64,000 nt of DNA from Thermodesulfobacteriota bacterium (GTDB lineage Bacteria; Desulfobacterota_D; UBA1144; Nemesobacterales; Mycalebacteriaceae), in contig OZ245366.1 in NCBI GenBank assembly GCA_965226585.1, positions 1,344,001 to 1,408,000 of the forward strand, read 5' to 3'. Below the pieces are notes generated by a model. It was not told where the DNA came from. It saw only the letters and a list, made by a program, of their open reading frames with translations, and searched no databases. Shown in pieces: positions 21,801 through 28,800 of the stretch (positions are counted from its first letter, which is position 1; each line of letters opens with the position of its first letter). The position numbers were made by a program, and so were the translations under genes.

Positions 21801-24800
21801 CCGTTAGCCCAGACCTTTCCGCCGCCGGAAACATTCACCGTGCCTGCGACTATCGCGTTGCTTGCGGTTGCCGTTGTCTCCGTCCAAACTTCAGAGTTGT
21901 TGACTGCCACGGTTGCCGAGACAATCGCGTTGCTTGTTGCTCCGTTAGACCATATCTTGGATTCGTTGAAAATATCCGCATGACTGCCGGTTGCGTATAT
22001 TGTGCTTGCGCCCGCGCCTTGCGACCACACCTGCGAGCCGTTGACGGTTATCCCGCCTCCGCCCTGAGTTATGCTAATGGCTCTGCCGCTCACACCGTTA
22101 GACCAAACTTTCGCTTCGTTTTCTATAGCCACACTCGCGCCTAATGTTGTTTGAATTGCGCTGCTAACCGCGCCGCTTCTGCTTCCTTCTTCCCACACTT
22201 CCGCATTGTTGACTTTTATGGATGACCCGCTTCCGGTCGCGGCAAGGGTTTCGCTTCTTCCTCCGTTAGACCAAACTTTCGCTTCGTTTTCTACGAACAT
22301 CTCGCGGTTGTCTCTTACAAATATTGTTTGCGAGTCATCACTTAGCGTCCACACTTTCGTGCTACTGCCGTTGACTCTTACACTTGCGCCGCCGCGCCCT
22401 TGAATTGCTTTACTGCCTGAGCCGTTAGTCCACACTGAGCCGCCATACACATTCACTATGCCGCGACTGCCCGTCGCAACGATTGCGTCACCGGCAGGTC
22501 CCTCCGCCCAAACCTCTGTGCCGCTGCCGTTGACTGTTACGGTTCTGGCGTTAATGGTTTCCGTTGTTCCGCCGCCGTTAGACCAGACTTTTGAACTGCC
22601 GTACACACCAACTGTTCCTGCGGCTGAAATAATTGTCTGAGAGCCGCCGCCAATCGTCCACACACTTGACGCGCCGTTGACCGTTACGGCTGTTGCCGCC
22701 GCAACTGCGTTGCTTCCCGCGCCGTTTGCCCACACGCTTACGCCGTCATTAATATATGCCGTTGTTCCTTTTACTGTTGAAACGCCGCCAACCATTGTCC
22801 AAATCTCTCCGTCTCCGTCTCTTGATATGATGTTGACCGTTGTGCCGTCTTTCGCCGCAACCGCCGAACTGTCCACTCCGTTTGCCCAAACCTTTCCGCC
22901 GCCCGAAACATTTACCGTCGCGGCAACTATCGTGTTGGCGTCAATTCCCTGCGTTGTCCAAACCTCAGAGTTGTCAACCAAAACGGTTGTCCCTTCAACG
23001 GCGTTGCTTGTTGAGCCGTTTGCCCAAACCTTCGCTCTGTTCCAAATGTTCACAGTTGGAGCCTGTATCGTGTCGCTGTCGCTGCCTTCCGTCCACACTT
23101 GCGCGCCGTTGACTGTTGCCGTTGCCGCCGTAACCGCCTGACTTGCTGAGCCGTTTGCCCACACTTTCAGGTCGTTGATTTCCGCCGTTGTTGTTGCTTT
23201 TACTGTCGGAACTCCTCTGAGCGTTGTCCAAATCTCTCCCGTTCCGTCTGCTGATACGATGGTAACCCCTCCGCCCGTTTCCGCAGAAACCGCCGAACTG
23301 TCTGTGCCGCTTGCCCATACCTTGCCCAGATTTGAAACGTTGACTGTTGTGCCAACTATCGCGTTGCTTGTGGCTCCGTTAGCCCAAACGTGGGTGTCTG
23401 TGCCGTTGACTATAACGGTTGCCGCCTTTACCGTGTTGCTTGTCGCTCCGTTTGACCACACTTTCGCGCCGTTCCAGATGTTTGCCGTGCCTGTTGCAAC
23501 TATGGTGTTGCTTGTGTCGCCGTTTGCCCACACTTCCGCTGTGCCGTTGATTGTTACGGTTGCCGCCGTAACCGCCTGACTTGTTACGCCGTTAGACCAC
23601 ACTTTCAAGCCGTGAATGCCTGCCGTTGTTGTTGCCTTTACCGTTGAACTTCCCGAAGCGTTAGACCACACTTCTCCCTTCCCGTCTCTTGATACGACCG
23701 TAACCCCTCCGCCGGCTTTCGCTGAAATTGCCGAACTTCCGGAAGCGTTAGACCACACTTTCGCGTCATTTGAAGCGTTGACCGTGTCGGCAACTATAGA
23801 GTTGCTTGTGCCGCCCGTTGTCCACACTTCAGAGCCGTTGACCACAACAGTTGTTGCTGAAATGGCGTTGGCTGTCGCTCCGGTAGCCCGCACTTTTGAG
23901 GCGTTCCACACATTCGCGCCAGCTGCTGAGATTGTGGTGGCTCCCGTTTTGTTCGTCCACACATCCGCGCCGCTGACATCAACATCACCGGTCGCCAAAA
24001 TCGCGAAATCCGAACCGTTGCCGCCAATATCTGCGTCCACAACATTCACCGTTGACGCATTAATTGCCGCAAATCCGCCTTCCGTCCAGACGGAAAGACC
24101 GTTATCTTGTCCCGCCACTACTGACAGGGTTCCCGTGCCCGTGGTTGACGCTTCAATGGCAATACTTCCGGCTCCATCCGCCCACAAAACTGAACCGCCG
24201 TTTCCGCCTATGTTTATGTCTCCGCCGCTTGTGGATTTTGCTATAATGCCGTTCCCGCCTGTGGGGATTGAGCCTTTTCCGCCTCTTCCATAGACGATTC
24301 CGTTTGCGAGAGCAAGGTTAATATCTCCGATAGCCGTGCTGGCTATGATGCCGTCTTTACCAACTATGCAGGCGGTGTCGTTCGCAAGTACCATGCTTAT
24401 GGATCCCGTGCCTCCGGTGGTTGCCGCCAAGCCGTAAGAGTTTCCTACGGATGAGGCAACTATTGCCGCGCTGTTTGTAATTTCAACTGTTATGGCTCCG
24501 CCTGCGGATGTGAGTGTCGCGCCTCTTGTGTCTAAAAGTTCGTCCCGCCTTGTCGAGTCCCGCGTTGCCGCATTGATAACCATGTGGATGTACGATTTTT
24601 CGTCTGCAAGCGTAAAGTCAATATCTCCGCTTGTTGTGTTTGCTATCAGGCCGTTCGTGCCGCTTTGATCCGAAAAGATTAATCCCTTAGTGGAGATGTC
24701 CACGTCCACTTTTCCGACTGTGGATGTTGCTATAATGCCGTTTCCGCCGGTTCCCCCGATTTTAACTCTTGTGGTGTTGTGAATATCTACATTCACAACG

Positions 24801-25186
24801 CCCGTTCCGGCTGTGATGGTAGCAACGTTTCCATCGCTTCCGTTTTTGACGGTGAACGAGCCGTTATCGCCTCTGAAGGTAGCGTCAGTCGCGCCGCCGA
24901 TAACTACTGCGTCTCCGTCTGTCCGGGTTGTTGTGGTTGTTGCATTGGAAGAGGTAAGGTTGGCAGACCCTGTGGCGGAGTTGACTGTAACAACGGGACC
25001 ATCCGTAACCACGGAAGGCAAACCGTCTGTGATGTTAAGCGTGGCGTCTCCTGTTGTGGAAGTACAATCAATTGCGGTTGCGGTATCCGGGTTCACATCG
25101 CCGCAAGTCCTTTGCGCATGGGAGTTTTGCGGCGCAAAAGCAAATAGAATTGCGAACAGAGAGATAATGGTTAATTTTCTGTGCAT
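15842..25186 (-). CDS. AT4: giant autotransporter-like adhesin, 3114 aa
   Basis: Signal peptide MHRKLTIISLFAILFAFAPQNSHA, a long VW-repeat passenger with internal duplications, an acidic C-proximal passenger region, and a barrel ending RLNVAF. Confidence 0.9.
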   Translation of the reverse strand: MHRKLTIISLFAILFAFAPQNSHAQRTCGDVNPDTATAIDCTSTTGDATLNITDGLPSVVTDGPVVTVNSATGSANLTSSNATTTTTRTDGDAVVIGGATDATFRGDNGSFTVKNGSDGNVATITAGTGVVNVDIHNTTRVKIGGTGGNGIIATSTVGKVDVDISTKGLIFSDQSGTNGLIANTTSGDIDFTLADEKSYIHMVINAATRDSTRRDELLDTRGATLTSAGGAITVEITNSAAIVASSVGNSYGLAATTGGTGSISMVLANDTACIVGKDGIIASTAIGDINLALANGIVYGRGGKGSIPTGGNGIIAKSTSGGDINIGGNGGSVLWADGAGSIAIEASTTGTGTLSVVAGQDNGLSVWTEGGFAAINASTVNVVDADIGGNGSDFAILATGDVDVSGADVWTNKTGATTISAAGANVWNASKVRATGATANAISATTVVVNGSEVWTTGGTSNSIVADTVNASNDAKVWSNASGSSAISAKAGGGVTVVSRDGKGEVWSNASGSSTVKATTTAGIHGLKVWSNGVTSQAVTAATVTINGTAEVWANGDTSNTIVATGTANIWNGAKVWSNGATSNTVKAATVIVNGTDTHVWANGATSNAIVGTTVNVSNLGKVWASGTDSSAVSAETGGGVTIVSADGTGEIWTTLRGVPTVKATTTAEINDLKVWANGSASQAVTAATATVNGAQVWTEGSDSDTIQAPTVNIWNRAKVWANGSTSNAVEGTTVLVDNSEVWTTQGIDANTIVAATVNVSGGGKVWANGVDSSAVAAKDGTTVNIISRDGDGEIWTMVGGVSTVKGTTAYINDGVSVWANGAGSNAVAAATAVTVNGASSVWTIGGGSQTIISAAGTVGVYGSSKVWSNGGGTTETINARTVTVNGSGTEVWAEGPAGDAIVATGSRGIVNVYGGSVWTNGSGSKAIQGRGGASVRVNGSSTKVWTLSDDSQTIFVRDNREMFVENEAKVWSNGGRSETLAATGSGSSIKVNNAEVWEEGSRSGAVSSAIQTTLGASVAIENEAKVWSNGVSGRAISITQGGGGITVNGSQVWSQGAGASTIYATGSHADIFNESKIWSNGATSNAIVSATVAVNNSEVWTETTATASNAIVAGTVNVSGGGKVWANGTTSSAVAARTGTVNIVSTDGDGQVWTTVGGVQTVKGATAYINDGVKVWANGAGSQAVSATTTATVNSTNTQVWTEGNTTDTIVAPTVNIWNEADVWANGVTSNTVTATTSVTVNNAKVWSNGATSNTVVTATLNVSNEGKVWAEGTGSSAVSAGVSGTVNIVADDATGKVWTTVGGVQTVKATTAYINDGVKVWANGTGSQAVSATTIATVNSFRTEVWTEGDTTDTIKAPTVNIWNRAKVWANGSTSNAVEGTTVLVDNSEVWTTQGSDANTIVAATVNVSGGGRVWANGVDSSAVAAKDGTTVNIISVDGGGEVWTTVGGVSTVKATTAYINDGVKVWANGTGSRAASATTVTVNSAETEVWTEGDTTDTITAPTVTIWNSAKVWANGATSNAASATTSVTVNGASVWSNGATSNAIVTATLNVSNEGKVWASGASTSSAVSAGASGTVSIVADDATGQIWTTLGGARTVKATAAYINDGVKVWANGAESRAVSAGSSATVNGTDTQVWTEGNTTDTIASAAISIWNGAKVWANGAASNAVRATTVVTVNGAGTQVWAEADVTGTVADFASDGLLTFTTEGEISAAIVSDQLVTVEADAQVWANGAGGRAVISPLLQANGAKIWTQSLGGSVTVETQSADISNGTELWAETTLGDSEAIALVQLDADSTEILLNLRGSDVWTNGPGATTISFYEAGTTADIDIASSNVWTNSAGDGSAAISAYTLDGAIGMDVVSSNVSAFYTPTPAASGYNPIAISTIAFWNGVSTVNVTDSNVWAGDADDFSPTAISVNSESGGVADMTVRDSNVFSNSAGATAIYASATKRATNASLVANLTDARAADRGITNLHINSSTVTVTLGEGTAVEVATYNGGNASAEIANGTDIIALGADSKGIFAHAELGGSPFVSVNGSNVTAMGVNSAAISLLTEHAGETLGEDAITGLARFNGTDLFDLEANGTFNLKIENSTTLSVLFGIELGETRLVVDSGVTSAEVVNGANVSARGLNSVAADVSTMDGGISTLSVREGAAIWTTGANSSAVKLSTVDGENTETQFSTAITRFDASQAWTNGANSTVFEADAGEGPIVINIDNGTEVWVEGDNSVVFDLTAGAGYGVELAVHNSVVGINSQDGEILKIAGSDDDITVTSTNSSFRSGDSVTGPLFSASVETSDATVKIRDFTISGKSNIGITEIDRVWTTGENAVAFDFAHSSADPAAVGTYFDPRQVWSEGVDSGAIRIETVSGEVSLETGAQIWSNGSDTATISVRRVAAASSSVPRSSSHDSSNRIQHFSGFPTVDVGAPTEVKFSAPDGETAQVWAEGLSSSAIHTWLSGLVLEDARVWSNSSGGNTVKIVAAALDQQLQVGNGAIVCGGVLSGTTCTETAAVNAVHFSIDSGSTAGIGITTHSDGNITGRIQLAGGADTFINEGDFTGSGDTGGGNDTITIKSGSTFTLTGNLDLGAGDGDTVTTETGSTLTVGSFMFENAETTPSAGGTGRFRLSSGAQSSPASGGGARFSLSAIDPASEDTHASIDFGEGGNDRFISNGTTVIEGADGFTGLESIKFGEGATLVVSASSGEMADKPLIDIEGTITAEDLPEDFNIRLGAGLNHGEYVIFASEDLPENPAEIYERLGADENGFVTLAANNELNLQVYDALIQSAYYSDRYFGSHLRKGCGGGASVDGEGVVSGGCVWALSGGRFTRHSPDFEFDETAYSFVGGVSMPFAGIATSLGFGYEASSFDVTEENSGGVADADFERFMFGLFASKTIFEKVQIDGRFEFAQGDWSSSRTDMKTIDVNTTPTDPNDDSRFDGRFGAKTDARTYGGAAGAEMSFDYGEFTVIPRIETGITYIETEQFVESFLGQGTDTTNTGEEDNKLTVNQFDDILIYATPSVSALYSSNDTLTLSATLGVDAHILNPESDIKATIGDDEPVNTTGTLERINIKVGAGAEITPTESVTFTLNYDGGASAGFDTVTHAVTGRLNVAF

Positions 25187-25229
25187 TAAGGGTTCCCTAG
25201 AGGGGTAACTGGGTTAACTAATCTTGGAG

Positions 25230-25258
25230 AATGTATAGTTGAACGGGGGTTGTGTCAA
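25230..25258 (-). promoter_or_regulatory. Sigma70-like promoter for AT4(-AT3)
   Basis: Minus strand TTGACA (25258-25253), 17 bp, TACATT (25235-25230); homologous to 5037-5065. Confidence 0.7.
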
Positions 25259-25287
25259 GAATTAAAAGGGGGGGGCAGGAAAAAATT

Positions 25288-25870
25288 TTCACTCCTGCGG
25301 AGGCAAGAATCCGGTAGTTAGCCCAGTTGAATACTGGATTCCGTGTCAGGCACGGAATGACGGAAAGAAAAAAAGGCGCGGAATGGCACACTTTCCCGTC
25401 ATTCCTGCGAAAGCAGGAATCCAGTATTGGTTAGCCCAGTTGAATACTGGATTCCGTGTCAGGCACGGAATGACGGAAAGGAAAAAGGCACGGAATGACA
25501 CACTTTCCCGTCATTCCTGCGAAAGCAGGAATCCAGTATTGGTTAGCCCAGTTGAATACTGGATTCCGTGTCAGGCACGGAATGACGGGAAGGAAAAAGG
25601 CACGGAATGGCACACTTCCCCGTCATTCCTGCGGAAGCAGGAATCCAGTATTGGTTAGCCCAGCTGAATACTGGATTCCGTGTCAGGCACGGAATGACGG
25701 AAAGGGGAAAAAGGCACGGAATGACGGGAAGGAAAAAAGGCACGGAATGGCACACTTCCCCGTCATTCCTGCGGAAGCAGGAATCCAGTATTGGTTAGCC
25801 AGCTGAATACTGGATTCCGTGTCAGGCACGGAATGACGGAAAGGAAAAAAGGCGCGGAATGACGGGATGG
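25288..25870. repeat. Second tandem array of the same palindromic unit, 5 units
   Basis: Units at ~25288 (degenerate), 25398, 25510, 25622 and 25762, with the same consensus as 5097-6120. Confidence 0.95.
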
Positions 25871-25872
25871 GG

Positions 25873-28800
25873 TCAAAAACTGTAATTAACCCCGCCTCTG
25901 AACTCTTGCACAAAAGTATCAAAACTCGCGCTCATTCCGCCATCGTAGTCAATCCTTACACTCAATTCACGCAAGGGAGCATAAGGCGTGTACTCAAAAC
26001 CCGCGCCGTAGTTGAACATTATCCTGTCCTGCCCGCCGCTTCGGGGAACATTACCGCCATCAAGGGTCGCCTCAAGTTCCGCCTCAGGGTTCAAGATGTG
26101 TATATCCGCCCCCACGCGAATTCTCATATTTACCGTCTCACTCAAAGGTGAACGCGCCTCAAATGAGGGGCTTACATATACCAGTATCTCACTTGTGTCT
26201 TTTACCTTGAAAGCATCAGCCCTTGCCTCAGGAGTGTTTGTTAAGGAAGTCTCATCAAACGCCCCCGCTGTTACATAAGACGCTCCAATCTCTATACGGG
26301 GAAACAACGCAAAACTCCCCGATAAAAACGGCATTGCCGCGCCAAGCGCGCCGCCGAATACTGTCGCGTTTGTATCCGCAGTGTATCTATTATCTCCCGC
26401 AGTGCGGGTTGACTCCCAACTTGTGGAAACATACTGAAACCTGCCGTCAACCATATATCTGTCAACTATTGTGGAGGCAAAAATGCCTCCCATAAATCTC
26501 GTTGCTTCTCCGCTTGCGTCTGCCCTGCCTTCATCGGTCATCACATCCATATCAAGGTTTGATATCTCATAACCGCCTGCCACCGAAACAAGAATGCTGT
26601 TAAACGGGGCTGATACTCCGCCGGTGAAGGTATAGACATCTTCATCATAGTTAATCGCTGAAGAATAACGTGTGTACCTTCCTCCCGATGTTGCCCATAC
26701 GCATCCAGTCCAGAAATCTCCGGCTATCTCATCACTTGCCGCAGAGCCGTAACCGCAACCGCTTGAAAGTTTTGTGGCAAAACTCCTGTCTGCGCGGTAA
26801 GCGGATTGTATGAGAGAATCATAAATATCCAGACTGGCGTCTTTCAGCGACATTGCCGTCAAAAACAGGTTGCCGTCTCCGTCTGTCTCAACACTCACTC
26901 TTTCACCCGCCGCCGCGCTCAGACGCTCTACAACTTCCTGCCTTTCTTCGCCTTCGGGCAGGTCGTCCGCTTCAAAAATTGTGTACTCGTTTATATGCGT
27001 TCCGGGAACATCAACCCTGACTCTAAAACCTTCAATATCTTCCGCAGTTATCTCGCCTTCAATATCTATGAGCGGTTTGTCATTCATTTCTTCAGGGTCT
27101 GCCGAGACAACAAGGGTTGAATTCGCGCCGAAAGTTATTTTGTCCAAGCCGTTAAAACCGCCCGCGCCGGCAAGAACTATTGTGCCTTCATTTATGAAAT
27201 GGTCATCGCCTTCGCCAAAGTTAATGGTTGCCCGTTCCGGCTCCCGTTCAGGCGTGGAAGAAAGACGGAAACGGCTGTCGCCGCTTGCTGACCCCTCCCC
27301 CGTCATTCCTGCCTCCCCCGTCATTCCTGCGGAAGCAGGAATCCAGTATTGATTAGCCAGTTGAATACTGGATTCCGTGTCAGGCACGGAATGACGGGAG
27401 GGCGCGGACGAATGACGGGAAGGGGAGGATGCGGAATGACGGGAGGGCGATGATTGCGCGCCTGAACTTGCCGGCGTAGGAGTAGTCGGTGTAGGCGTTA
27501 TCGTGTGCGTGTCATCGCCTGCTACTGTGCCGCCGTCCAAATTCACAAAAGTGTCATCACCGGCTCCCATGTCAAAATCTCCGGTGAGGGTGAAGGTTCC
27601 CCTGTTGTTCACTACGTCATCACCGGCTCCCATGCTGCCGCTTCCGGTGAATGAGCCGTTGTTTTCAAAAGTCTCCGCACGCCCGGAAGTCTGCAGAATT
27701 CCCGTTATGCTTCCCGCGTCCAAAGCAGTTCCCCCGGCGGTGGTTTCAGCCGCATGAGTTACAATCTTTATCACCCCTCCCGTACTGTCCGCCGCAATAT
27801 CGCCCGCCGCAATTGTTACCGCGTTTCCGGCGGTCGCGTTCACAACCGAACCCGCGCTCACATCAACCGTTACAGCTCCGGTGGTGGTGGAAACAGAAAT
27901 TGTATCGGCATCAGCCGCTACCGTGTGCGCGGCGGAAAACGGACGCATATAGACTTGCGCGTGTCCACTTGCGGTTGTCGCGATAATCGCCCTTCCACCC
28001 GCGCCGCCCGCTCTGACTGCGGCGCCGTCTCTTACATAGATAATGGATTGTCCCCCTCCGGTAACTCGCGCGTTAAGCCCGATTCCGCCCATGCCGTCTG
28101 CGGTTATCTCCCGCTTAATTCCCCCCGCATCATCCGCGCTTCCGTTACTCCATGCCGCGTTGATAATCGCGTGAGCATCCCGCGAGACGGCATCAACAAC
28201 CGTGCTTCCCACGCCGTTTGCGAATATGCTGTTTCCCGGACCCCCAAGCCAAATCTCTGAATTTTGCCTTAGTGAAACTGTTTCTATCACCTTACTGCCA
28301 TCGCCGTTTGCGAATATCGCGCCGTTTGCGTGAACAATCGTCTTCTGAGCGTCCGTGTTTGCAAAGACTGTTTTACTGCGGTCGCCGTCAGACCACACTT
28401 CCGCGCCTGACTCAACGACAAATGTCGTCGGTCTTCTGTTTCCCGACTGCATTCTTACAGTTGCGCTGTCCACGCCGTTTGTCCAGATTTTTGAGGTTCC
28501 CTCGGCACTGGCGCGCGCAGAGGCGTCTTTGGCGTGAACACGCAGACCTATGCTTGAATCCCCATGCGCGAACACCTGCGCGGAGCCTATAACCCGAACA
28601 TTCATATCTCCGTGCCTTTGGTTGATGTCGTGTCTGGCAAGGGGTCCCGGGTCGGAGGAAGCGAAAATGGCGTTACTGTTCCCCTCCGTTACTCCAACGC
28701 TTGCCGTGTCAGAGATTGTTATTATTGACGGGGCTTGGAGACCTATTGCCCTGATTGCCGTGCTTCCCGCGCCGTTTGCGCGCACTGTTGCCCTGCCGCG

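Noticed and set aside
25268..25275. G8 tract upstream of the AT4 -35 box as a phase-variation switch
   Set aside because: It is short, outside the -35/-10 spacer, and interrupted in the paralogous promoter (GGGAGAC); there is no support without read data.
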